Part shown: in pieces, positions 10,753-22,228 of the stretch
Layout of the letters: each line of letters opens with the position of its first letter
How positions within the stretch are numbered: the first letter of the stretch is position 1
NCBI RefSeq assembly: GCF_036321535.1
Contig: NC_087436.1
Location: forward strand, 101,310,001 to 101,374,000
Length of the DNA: 64,000 nt
DNA from: Camelus dromedarius
Lineage: Eukaryota
Direction of reading: 5' to 3'
Position numbers and translations under genes: made by a program
The notes under the pieces: generated by a model
What the model was told of the DNA's origin: nothing
What the model saw: the letters and a program-made list of their open reading frames with translations, nothing else
The model's database searches: none

Positions 10753-13591
10753 TAATAGTCATTGTGAAGGAGTATCTTAGAAAAGTTTCCTTAAATAAGT
10801 ATTTTGCTATAACAGTATCACTTAAAAAATAACTTTACTTATGTATTGTCTCATTGATGTCATGCTTGTTAATATTCATTTGGGCCCAGCTTCAGTGTAG
10901 CCATTAATCACCCTGCTATCTCTGTTTGGAGTTGTGTGTATGTTGTGGTAAAATACAAAAATTTAGAACATGTTCTGTGTCTTCAAGGAAGTAATAATCT
11001 GGTTGAAAAGCTAACCTATAAATGTGAGAAAATTCTAAAATAGACTTAATACATGCAAGTGGTAAACTGACAGCAAATCTAGATAATCCTGAGGTTGTCA
11101 AAAGGGAAAAAAAATGATAAAATTGAAGTGTTTAAGAAAGGTTTTATTTGGCAGTTCAGGCTTAAGCTGGGCCTTTGTCATTTGGTGGGTGCATTTGTCA
11201 TTCTTCTTCCTACAATAATATATCACTTCTTAACATTTGGGGAACTCCCAATTGTGTCTTTTTTGGCAAGAAGAAACATCCTACTTCCCAAGGTACATAT
11301 TTCCATGCCAGCTGGAATGAAGTGTGCTGGGAATGAATCTATCAAAAGTTTCTACCTAGAATTTTTCATACCAGGCAAATTAGACAAAGATAAATAAATT
11401 CTTTCGTGCTGGGGATGTGTTCTCTGCTGCTGGGCCTACGAGAACTACTTTGACTTCTCTTGGTTTTCTAGTTCTAGTTTTCCCAGTAACTCTGTGGGCT
11501 ACTCATACATTTTTTTTTTTTGCTTAAGGTAGACATCTGTTTATCATGTTCCCATTCATTAACTTGGCTCACACAGCCAAGTGTCATGTAGGTAAGAACC
11601 ATGTGAAGTTTGTTTCCGGGTAGGGAGACAGCAAGAACAAAGGGCTGTGGCCTTGCAATATATTATGGTATTTTATTTAAAATGATCTAGTGTTTTTCAG
11701 CATAATTAATAACAGGGACAGATGTGTATGTCTGATCTAGTAAGCATATCTGTGACAAGAACCATGAAGTAAACAGAGAATGCTAATTAGACAACACCTG
11801 TCTCTGATAAAGATGAATGTGCATATTTTTGGTCTTAAAATTTGAAAAAGCTTTGTACAGCTTCATGGAAGTTGTATTGTCAGGGCTGGCAACGATAACA
11901 GAACATCTGCCTGTTACACAAGTCTGTCCTCCACGCTACAGCTTCTCTACTGGAAAGTGGAACTTGGAATAGTGGAAAGATCAGCAGGAGTAAGCAGTTT
12001 TCCATGATTTTGGAGTATAGGGAAGAGGAGAGAAGCAGGTGCAGTTGGAAATTTAATTCAATATTCCTTCTCTTCTCTCATTGTCTTATTTACTTTTCAT
12101 ATAAGAGGGATGAGTCTGCACAGTATCTGGGGAGGAAAGCAAACAGTCCCTTGACTTTTAGAAAGTTGTCTTGTGTCCGTGTGGCTGCTGGCCCCTTTGG
12201 AGATGGGATGATTTCTAAACCCCACTGAATGCCAGTTAGTTTACTTCAGGAAGATATTTTGCTTGTTGCTGCTTTATAGTGGCAACAATCAAGATCTTAA
12301 ATATCAAAATATTTTTTCAGTTATTAATCCAGCCTTTAAAAATAATATTTTACTACTACAGCCTGAAGCTAGATGGCTTTAGGAGGGACTATAAAACTAG
12401 TAAAGCATTCAGCATAGCATAATATGAAAGTCAAGGTAATGCTATTTTAATAAACATTTAAGTCCATCTAAAGCCATCTACATTTTTAATCACTTTTAGC
12501 TTTTTCTTGACTTGAAAGGGAAACTACTGTGGAGTGACACTTCTTTTTATGCACATTATTAAACATTTGTCTTCTGAAATCTGTGGAATCTGTTTCCAAA
12601 GTGAAGGCTGAAGTTTTAGTGTGACTCCTTCAACTTTGTTTCTGCTAGACCTAAAAGTACTAGAAGCACAAGTTAACAGTGCCTTTCACTCTGACTTCAT
12701 CAGTTCCTAGGAAACCCAAATAGCATTTTGAGAAGAGTACATAATAAATGCATTCAGACACTGCAGCTGTTTTTTGTCTGTTTTACAAACACATAATGTG
12801 CTAATTTGGAAAAAAATCAACAACAGCTGCAAATACATGTCAACAGCAAGGTCTTCAAGGGAAGGCCTTAATAGGTTTTGTTAATCAGTGGTGAACCAGG
12901 TGTGAATAAATAATTAACACACTTGCTAACAGAGCCCTCTTGCCACTACTGCTGTAGCTAAAGTTCTGATAGCCTTTCCTCTAAGTTCAGGACTTACCTG
13001 CAATATTTAGAAGAAGAAAATACTTAGATCACTACCAATTCAATATAGCTAAAATCAGACTAAAAGAAAAAGAGAATATTGGATGTGGATATCAGGAACA
13101 TTTCCTCACATAATTAAAATGCATTTTTAGTCTTATAAGCAAAAGTAGATGTTAAATAATCTATTTCATTGGCTTTTTTTTTGAATGAAGAGCTGGTGCC
13201 TTTGACTCTAGAATTGACTAAGCAAAATTGACTTCATGGAGAACATATCAGGATATTTATTAACATTCTGGTTGTTATACTTTGCTTTTGAAGAGGGAGA
13301 TGCTATAATATAAAAGATACATGGTCTTAACAGCAAGTGATCATGAAATGCCCTCCAGAACCCTGTGGTTATTACCCTTAAATCCTGTGCTGTAAGTGTC
13401 AGTAAACCCACATGCATTTTAAACATTCACTGTGTAAGGGAGTAGAAAAAAAGTGTAAGGCATTAATTTTATTGAGTATAAAATATAATTGATGAAATCT
13501 TAACTTTTGAAGATAGTTAGTAATAAACCAACTTGACAGAAGACTTACCATTTTATAGGAGAATGTACCATGCACTGGGCTTAGAATATGT

Positions 13592-13774
13592 TGGTGGTTC
13601 TCCAGGGGTGGTCCCAGGACTAGTTACAGCAGCATTCCTAGGAACTTATTAAAAAGACAAAATTTTTAAGCCCTTCCTCAAACCTACCAAATCAGAAATC
13701 TTGGGGTGGGGCCCAGAGATCTGTGGCTTAAGAAACCCCATGCATTTTGATGCTTGCTAAAATTTAAGGCCATT
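13592..13774. mobile_element. MER5A-like hAT-Charlie MITE
   Basis: 'gtggttctcc...gtggtcccaggac...cagcagcattcctaggaacttatt...aaatcagaaatcttggggtggggccc' matches the recalled MER5A consensus. Confidence 0.8.
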
Positions 13775-14168
13775 TTTCTATGCTTGTGTCTAATTCATAC
13801 AAGGGTAGTGTTAATTGCCAAGTGCATGGCTTGATGACTAAGGCCCACATCTGGGGACAAAAGCTGTTCAGTATCCCACACACTCTTGTCAGATAAAACA
13901 CCAGCTGTTTTTGTCACGTCACTGTTTAGCTTGCTGAGAGGCACCAAACAGGAGAAAAGTGACATGCTACCAAATTATTTTTCTGTTGACATAGGAGGGG
14001 CCTGTGTGGGAGGAAGGTCACGTGTTGCAGAAGTGCAGTTCCCATGGAAGAGTGTCCCTCCCTTCTTCAACTCATGGCTGTTGAGATTAAAGGTACTTTA
14101 CTCTCCAAAGTTAAAGGTGGGAACATCAAGTGATTGACAAAGAAAGTTACCATTTCCAAAACTTTAAC

Positions 14169-14232
14169 TTTTCTAGAACATTTTTCCACAAGAGGGCCAT
14201 TTTTCTGGAACATTCTTCCACAAGAGGGCTAT
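14169..14232. repeat. 32-bp tandem duplication (3 mismatches) carrying HSE-like and CTCF-like motifs
   Basis: TTTTCTAGAACATTTTTCCACAAGAGGGCCAT (14169-14200) and TTTTCTGGAACATTCTTCCACAAGAGGGCTAT (14201-14232). Confidence 0.9.
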
Positions 14233-14350
14233 TCATTACTGTGGTGGACCACTGACATTGGAAGATGAGGCAGGGAGGAAAGAGCCAAACAAAATCCTTA
14301 CAGGAGTTTCAATCCCTGCCCACTCAAGGTCCCCACTCTGCAAAACTTAC

Positions 14351-14700
14351 CCATTAGGAACTGAATGTTTGTGTCCCTTCAAAATTCATATGTTAAAGTT
14401 CTAACCGCTAAAGTATACCAAATACCCTCAGGTGATGTTACTTGGAGATGCAGACTTTGGGAAGTACTCAGTTAGATGAGGTCATCAGGGTGTGGATCTC
14501 ATGATGGTATTAGTGCCCTTGTAAAAAGAAACACCCGAGAGTTTGGTCTCTTGCTCTCTCCACTTGCAAGCACTGAGGAAGGGCCAGTGTGACGGCAGCC
14601 CTCTGAAAGCTGTAAAGAGAGCCTTCACCTGAACCCAGCCATGCAGGCACCCTGATTCAGACTTCTAGCCTCCAGAACTGTGAGAAGATACATTTCCCTT
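14351..14700 (+). mobile_element. MaLR solo LTR (MLT1A-like)
   Basis: 'ctgaatgtttgtgtccc...aaaattcatatgtt' at the start and 'gacttctagcctccagaactgtgagaa' near the end. Confidence 0.85.
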
Positions 14701-15353
14701 ATTCAAACAACTTACATTTAAAAGTGAAGAAACATAGCAGTTATTTGACTGGACTAAGGTCACAAACTAAGGTCAGATAATTTAACTTGTATTCTGTTAA
14801 CTTAAAGAAAACTTCTCTGAGTAAATTTCTGTTAAGCTACCCAGGCTATGTAGTTTCGTTTTGGCAGCTCGAGAAGATTAAGACATTAACTGACCTGTGC
14901 TGCTTATTCAGGAGGATGCTCTTGGCTTTGGGGAGAGAAGGCATCCCTTCTTCCTCCAATCTTCAGGAACATTGTATTCTTTCAAAGGCAAACTTTTCCC
15001 GTCTGGGTCCTAGAGTTGTATCTTGGGGGGAGGTGAGGATGTGTTTATGGGAAGGGCACTTCTCAGCCACTTTGGGTGGAGGTGGCTGGTGGTTTTCTTA
15101 AGTTTTGAGGGATTTAATGACATTTCATTCTCAGTTCAGCAGCTTTGTCCCCATGCCTAGAACTTGATACTGAAGGATATCCTGTTATCCTCTTTGAAAA
15201 ATGAGGAGTCTTTTCTCAAAATAGGAGAACCAAAATTAATTATAATCATATCATAATCCACATTTTCTGAGAAGTTACCACATGAGAGGCCATGTACTAA
15301 GGCTTAACATAAATCTCTAATTCTCCTGACCAGGCTGATGACAGGTACCGTTA

Positions 15354-15780
15354 GCATTAAAGTGAACTGTGTCCTCCCAAAATTCATATGTTGAAGCTTA
15401 ACCCCCAGTACCTTAGAATGTGACTTATTTGGTGAAGTCAAATTAAAATGAGGTTATTAAGGTGGACCCTGATCTGATATAATTGGGGTCCTTATAAAAA
15501 AGTGAAATTTGGAAAGACAGGAACACAGGAAGAACACTCTGTAAGGATGAAGGCAACAATCAGGGTGAGGCTTCTACAAGCCAAGGATGCCAAAGATGCC
15601 AGCAACACATCTGAAGCTAAGGGAGATTCATGGAACAGATTCTCCCTCCAGTACCTGAGAAAAACAGCCCTGTCCACCTTGATCTTGGGCTTTTAACCTT
15701 CAGAACTGAGAAAACCAATTTCTGTTATTTAAGCCACCCAGTTGCGGTACTTTGTTAATGCAGCCCTGGAAACTAGTACA
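15354..15780 (+). mobile_element. MaLR solo LTR (MLT1C-like) inserted into an antisense MIR
   Basis: 'tgtgtcctcccaaaattcatatgttgaagc...cttctacaagccaaggatgccaaagatgccagcaa...gcagccctggaaactagtaca'. MIR-like sequence on both sides (about 15250-15350 and 15781-15820). Confidence 0.88.
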
Positions 15781-15849
15781 GTTAATATTCCTACTTTATA
15801 AGTGAAGAAATTGAGTCTAAAAATCTCATTAATAGGTGATATAATAAAC

Positions 15850-16943
15850 TGTTTCTGATGGTGGTCTGCATGATCTCCACCTCCCTATGTTCATTCTCTT
15901 GTGATCTCTACTTCTTAATTGTGGATGGGGCCTGTGGTTTACTCCTACCCAAAAGATTACGACAAGGATGATGGGGCTTACGTGGTTGATCATCTGCACT
16001 GAATTCTGCTACATAAGATTGTAACATCTTACTAGAGGATGCTCTCTCTTTTGCTCACTTTAAAGAAGAAAACTATCATGTCATGAGCTCTCATAAAGAG
16101 GGGACCATGTGACAAGGAGCTGAGGGCAGCCTCACGCCAATCGCCCACAAGAAACTGAGATTTCTCATTCCGGCAACGTGTGAGGAATTGAATGCTGCCA
16201 ACAACTATGGTTTGGAAGCAGATCCTTCCTCGGGGAAATTCAGATGAAAACCCAGCCCTGGTGAACACGTTGATTGTAACCTTGAGGAGAGCTCAAGTAT
16301 AGACCCTAGACTAAAGAAACTGTGAGATAATAAATGTGATTTTGTAACAGGGAAGAACAAATCTGATTCCATATGAGATCTCTTCCTTTAGCTCTAACCC
16401 TGTGCTCTGTTTCCTTGGCTTAGTCATGCTGGCTCTGCACCTTTTGTAAAAGAATGTTGCCTAGAGCCTGAAATATACAGGAGAACCCATTCTCAAGGCC
16501 CTGACCTTTAAGGGTATAACAGTTTTCCGCTCACATAGAGATAAAAAAGTTTCAAAACAGAATAACATTTCTCTTGTTGGAGATTTACAGGAACATCATG
16601 ACCTGACCTACACCTATGTGGACAGTTGCAAGAAGAAAGGATTCTGACACCAAGAAATTTGCAACAACCAACCACACTGCCCTTCCCCTTTTTAGTATAA
16701 AAGGAGCCTGAATTCTGACTTGGGGATGGTTCTACAGAACATTAGTCTGCCATCTTCTCAGTCTACTGGCTTTCTGAATAAAGTCGTTATTCCTTGCCCC
16801 AGCACTTCATCTCCCGATTTGTTGGCCTGTCATGTCACAAGCAGAATGAGTTTGGACTCAGTAACATTTTTTCAAGCCACTTTTAAAGTTTATCACTTTT
16901 CAGTTTGTGAATATTTTTTTAGCAGCACTAGATAACTAATACA
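15850..16943 (+). mobile_element. MaLR LTR (MLT1F-like) split by an ERV1 LTR
   Basis: 'gacaaggagctgagggcagcctc...gaattgaatgctgccaacaac...aactgtgagataataaatgt' resumes after 16866 as 'ttcaagccac...gcagcactagataactaataca'. Confidence 0.8.
16343..16866 (+). mobile_element. ERV1-class solo LTR (Cetartiodactyla LTR39/MER39-like; subfamily uncertain)
   Basis: TG...CA termini (TGTAACAG at 16343, GTAACA ending at 16866), TATAAAA at 16696-16702, AATAAA at 16777-16782, near-TSD ATTT/TTTT. It cleanly interrupts the MLT1 LTR. Confidence 0.85.
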
Positions 16944-18454
16944 TGTGGTATTGCCTCCTTAAAACTCTTATTTGTCGGCAGAAAAGAAAATTGCCATCTA
17001 AGTTTTGTTGCATAAGGGTTTTGGAAATCAGGAATTTTAGTTGTTTTTGTTGAAACCAGCACTCTGTTGTAGAGAGAAAAAGGCACCACAGTTAAAGACC
17101 ATGGTGAAATAAGGATTCTGAATTTAGAGTTAGAAGATTTGATTTTAAGCACTGTCACTGCTGCTTATGTGACAGTGGGACTTAGGGCAAATTTCTTGAA
17201 ATGTTGTCTTCTCTACTATAAAACAGGATCAATGCTGCGTGTAAAAGCCACAAGGTATGACATATAATAGGAATTAATAAATTTTTTTGTTTTCTACTTC
17301 ACCTCTTTTCATTCCCTGACAGAGCTATATGTAGCCTAGCAGGAGCTCCCTATAACTCAAGGGCAAGTGTGTCATTGATCTTTGGGGGAGTCAAGGTGGT
17401 GGTTAAGCTTCTAACACTTACATAAGATTCAAGGTGAAAGATATTTGGGGATCCAAACCAGAAGATATGTCATGTGGCTCTCTGAAGTTATATAAAGGTA
17501 GGCATGCTGATCTTCTTTGGGGTTCAGGAAAGATTTATTTCTTGCAGTGGAATTTCAGAGAAACTTAGACAAGAAGAACTCCTCATATTTCATTTGTGAG
17601 AGTACACAGTTGGTCAGACAGTCAATAGGGCTGGAGTATGTTTCTATCTCTTTCCCTTTTCATCTTTTCACAAATGAATACAGTATGTGGCCTGCTAGCT
17701 GGGAGTGGTTAAGCTAGGACCTTTGAATAAGCTGGGCTATCACTGGATTAAATTAATTCACAAGTGACACAAGGAGACTAGCATTAGGTCTCATTTTAGT
17801 GACATTACAAATTACAACACATTATTATATGTATCTTGCATAGCCCTATGGCAGTATTTCACGAACTTCTCCAAATCTCTGGTCCATGAGAAATGTGAGC
17901 ACAGCTTTCTCTCAGCTGTCACCTTGTTATATATGTATAAAGATAGAAAATTTATTTACATCAATTATTTTTTTCACAAATAATGCTTCCAGTCCAGTGG
18001 CCTGATTACCTCAGGGTTATACGTTCTGTGTTGAGTTTGGCATCATTTTAACCATACAGCAACAGTGGAATGAAGTGGATAATTTGGAGCTCAGGGTGGG
18101 TAGACACTGGATACAGAAAACTTAGGAAATTATTTCCCCAGGAGGAACGGCGTTATGAGGAAGTCCTTACAAACCTCCAACTAGAAGGCAAGTCTAGTTG
18201 TCTTTTTTAAAGAAACAACCCAGAATGAGCACCCAGCCTCTGTGAAGATCGCTCGCTCCAGCATTTCTGCAGAGGAAGGAGTTATGATTCTGGTAGGAAA
18301 GGGGTAGGCAGGGGGACTTGTTTTGAATCTGTGTTGGCAGAGTGATTTACATTAGATGAAAAAGTAATCAGTTATCTGTACTAAAGAATGGGTGTGGGTA
18401 GGAAACGAAGACCTAGTGTCTAGAAAATCGCTCTCCTGACAGTGATTCTTTTAT

Positions 18455-18600
18455 GGGTGTTAAACCTTGAGCAAATCTCAGTTCTCTCACATGTAAGATG
18501 AGAAGAATAATAGTGTATAGCTTATCCAGTAAATTAAAGCAATGTACATTAGACACTTGGTATGATTTGTGGTATATAGTAATTGCTCTATAAGTTGTGT
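18455..18600 (+). mobile_element. MIR fragment
   Basis: 'accttgagcaaatctcagttctctcacatgtaagatgagaagaataatag...tggtatatagtaattgctc'. Confidence 0.55.
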
Positions 18601-19629
18601 TTTTGAAGAATGTTATTGTGATGTTAATCAAGAACCTAAAAGGCAGCAGTTTATCAAATCTGCCACCACTGTAGGTGCGCAGAACTGAACATAGTCCTTG
18701 GGAACTTATTTTCTTTCTGAAGAGTTTTATATTTCCTTCTGGATAAAGTTGGCCTTGTATGCACAGTTTTATTCAAGAAATAATTGCTACTAGCTAGCGA
18801 TGTACAGGGACCCTCTTTTTTCAACATGCAGCATGTGTTATGAAAAGTGACAGGGATGTTTGCATTTATTTCAGCCAGCCAGAGAGATTCTCTGATTTTG
18901 TTTGTGAAATCTGACTGCTCTGTTGCTTTTCCATCAGACTGAGGCAGATTTCAAGTTTCTCTATATTTTTAAAGGCCCATGTACATATTTTGTTCTTTTT
19001 TTATACTCATACAAAATCCAATTTCTCGAAAAGTGCACATGTGCATGTTATTGAGCTAGAACCATCCATCAGATAAGTGATACTTAGAAGATAAACAAAA
19101 CACATTAACATTTAAACAAAAATGAGTTTTGCCCCATCATGCTATCTACTTCTGAAATAAGAACAGTGAGACAGAGGTGAAGAACAAAACTACCCATCAG
19201 GAGACATGATTGAACCTGCGGTAAAGCTGGATTCCTGTGATGGGGAAATATTTTATAATGAGGTATGACTGAGTTAAACACCTGGTGGTTGCAATATCAA
19301 ATTAAATCACCCTTTTTGAACTTGGTTTCGCTCATGAGGTAACTGTAGTTTTGTGTTTTTTTTTTTTAAACATACAGTGAAAATAAACTCATCAACCATA
19401 ATTGTGCTAAATTGGTCCTAAGGTAAGGGGAAGCTGATTTTAAAAAGGCCACATTATCATCTTGTCCTAATTAATAAGGCCACATTCCATCTTTGTATTT
19501 ATTCATCTCCATAAATTAATTTTGGTAAATGATTGCATAGTGTCTGTCTTTTCTCATATACTTCCAAGTGTAGGTTACCAATTTATTTATGTTACCCCTT
19601 CTTTTCCTCAGTTTCTTTTGGTAGGGAGG

Positions 19630-19967
19630 TGTCTTAGTCCATTTGAGCTGCTGTGACAGCACATTGTATCCTGGGTGGCTTTATTTCTCATAGTTCTGCC
19701 AGCTGGGAAGTCCAAAATGAAGGTGCCAGCAGATTTAGTGTCTGGTGAGGGCCTACTTCCTGGTTCATAGATGACCATCTTCACTCTGTGCCTTCACATG
19801 GCATAAGGAGCTAGGGAGCTCTCTCAGGTCACTTTTATAAACACACTAATTCAATTCATGACCAAATCACCTCCCAAAGGCCCTGCTTCCTAACAGCATC
19901 ACATTAGGGGGCAGGATTGCAACACTATGTATTAATGGGATGGGGAACATAACCACCCAGTCTAACA
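19630..19967 (-). mobile_element. MaLR solo LTR (MLT1A0-like)
   Basis: 'tgtcttagtccatttgagctgct...ctgggaagtccaaaatgaaggtgccagcagatttagtgtctggtgagggcc...atcacctcccaaaggccc'. Confidence 0.88.
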
Positions 19968-20149
19968 TTGGTGATCAAAATGATAATAATTTAACAAAGC
20001 AGTACTACTATACATAATGATAGCCAACATCTATAAATGCTTTCTTTATAGTAGGTATCATCCTAGGATTTTTACATACATTAACTCATTTCATAAGGAA
20101 GACCTTTCACGTTGCTTTTCACATTGCTTACCTCTCCAAGGTTAATAAG

Positions 20150-20600
20150 AACTCATGCTCCTTAAATCTACCCATGACTCCTCAGTGTTACATAAGACCA
20201 TCTGGCTGCCAAGAATAACTCAGAATTCCCTGAGATGACTGTGTTCTCTTCCGCCTCTGAGCCTTGACCTGTGTTTTGCCCTTTGCCGATATTCTCTTTT
20301 TTTAATCCTTCCACTTCAATTCCAGTCGTGCTTTAGGACTGGTATTAGATAATCACTTTCTTTAGGGAGACTTCCCCAACCCTCTGAGATTAGAATGGAA
20401 ACCCGTTCTTTGGACCCAGAGTGGTAGGCACTTCACCCTCTCATAGCCCTTACCAGATTGGGAACCTTCTGGTCTATGCTATATATAATATATAATATAC
20501 CTTCTGGTATATAATAGGGACTACATCTGGTTTATCATATAAAGCAATGTTCCAGGACACAGTGGATATCCAATACATATTTGATGAAACAGTGAATAAT
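20150..20600 (+). mobile_element. L2 3' region, degenerate
   Basis: L2-like 'ttccgcctctgagccttgacctgtg...ggagacttccccaacc' ending in 'caatacatatttgatgaaacagtgaat'. Confidence 0.55.
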
Positions 20601-22052
20601 TAGATTTACTGTATTTCTAATTCCATTTGGATTACTTTCCAAATTATTCCTGTGTGATGAAACACAACACAGAAGAGAAAGGGAGTGAGTATAGCAGGGC
20701 AAGCATATTCAGAGTTACGAATGAACAATTTGTTTTTTTGTGAAAATCCTAGATAAGTTGAAGAAAGGGTCGGGAAATAGATCTCAGAGCTTTGGACAGT
20801 TAATTCTAGGGATATTGACTTTAAGATGTCCTCATTCAGGGTTTTATTTTGCCCTTTAGTTATTGAGGGATTTTCCAGTTCATTTAAAAAGCACTGCCAA
20901 AAATATACTACTATGAGTGATTTAAAGCTAATAGTAAGAAAATTGAATGAACAAAAAGATGGAAACAAAGAATAACAACAAAATAAAATAAAAATACATA
21001 GTAAGTATCTACACTATATGGGCCTTCAGTATGAGTAGTCAGACTGCTTACATTTCTGCAAAATAGATTCATCTGTTTCTTAAGAGTGAAATGATGTTTA
21101 AACTAACTTTAAACTAAACTTCCTTGTTTTTAACGGGTTTTTGATGATTAATGATACCTCCAGGTTGAATGCTTTGAGGACTAATATTTAAATAGGAATC
21201 AGGTAGTGTTTAAATAGCAAACATTCTTTGCATATTTAATCTGTAGCTTTCAGAAGTCAGGTACAGAAATAAAAACCATATATATTTTAAAATAAATATT
21301 GAAAACAAATCAAAAAGATGTGTGCTGTAAGTGGCATGCATTATTTATAGAATCGATTACAATCAGAAGTATTACATATGCACGTGCATCAATTATGTTA
21401 AATAGATTTCAGATATTTAATGACTAAAGAATTTCATAGCAGCCTCAGAACTAATTATAAAATGAACAAGCTATTATCCATCTTTATAGTTGTTTCTGAA
21501 ATACCTTTGAATATTTAGCATTGTTTTGAGCAAGATTTTGTATATTAGTTTTATACATTTGACAGGAAATTAAATTTATTAATCAAATATATTTGCATTT
21601 ATTTTTTCCCACTAAATCTTAACCACAGTGATTGAACTCTAGAAGAATTATGTAAGGGAATTTTCTCAAGATGACTGAGATACTATGGGACTCTGAAATA
21701 CGACGTCTTGTGTCTTAGTTTTAGGTATAATATCACTCCCAGCAAGAAATAAATGCTTTAATTATTATATAACATTGACAGGATGACTGGCCATGGTTAA
21801 GAGTTTAATCAAATAATGTAAATAGAATTTGTTTTCACAGACAGTTAGTTGATCAATGTGGAGATGAACACTAAAATACCTAAATGAATAGAACCCATCT
21901 GATTTTCTTGGCCATGCATGGATTCTATGTGGCTCTGGAGGTCGCTCCAAATTTTCTGATTGTCTTGTATCTGTTCAAGTAATGGAGAAACTCATTTCTT
22001 GGTGTGATTGTACCCACACAAAATTGAAGGCCTTATTCAGAAATGTGGTTTT

Positions 22053-22095
22053 TCTTTAAGGTAAAGACATGTCTCTCCTGTCTTTACCTTAAAGA
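22053..22095. repeat. Perfect 17-bp inverted repeat with a 9-nt spacer
   Basis: TCTTTAAGGTAAAGACA (22053-22069), spacer TGTCTCTCC, TGTCTTTACCTTAAAGA (22079-22095). Confidence 0.95.
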
Positions 22096-22137
22096 TGAAT
22101 CAGCAATTACTAACAGGTATGAAAAACCAGCTGCCGT

Positions 22138-22228
22138 TTTTTTTCCTCAATATAGTTCCTTTTTTTAATTTTTATTTTTTTAAATGAATATAATCGATTT
22201 ACAGTGTTGTGTTAGTTTCTGGTTTGCA
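22138..22228 (-). mobile_element. Ultra-short L1 3'-tail insertion
   Basis: T-rich tail followed by 'gaatataatcgatttacagtgttgtgttagtttctgg', the antisense of the L1 end seen at 4230-4275. Flanked by CAGCTGCC[G/A]T at 22128-22137 and 22229-22238. Confidence 0.8.

Noticed and set aside
18070..18210. Short protein-looking ORF MKWIIWSSGWVDTGYRKLRKLFPQEERRYEEVLTNLQLEGKSSCLF
   Set aside because: Only 46 codons, weak acceptor, only a GC-type donor, and no recognised homology.
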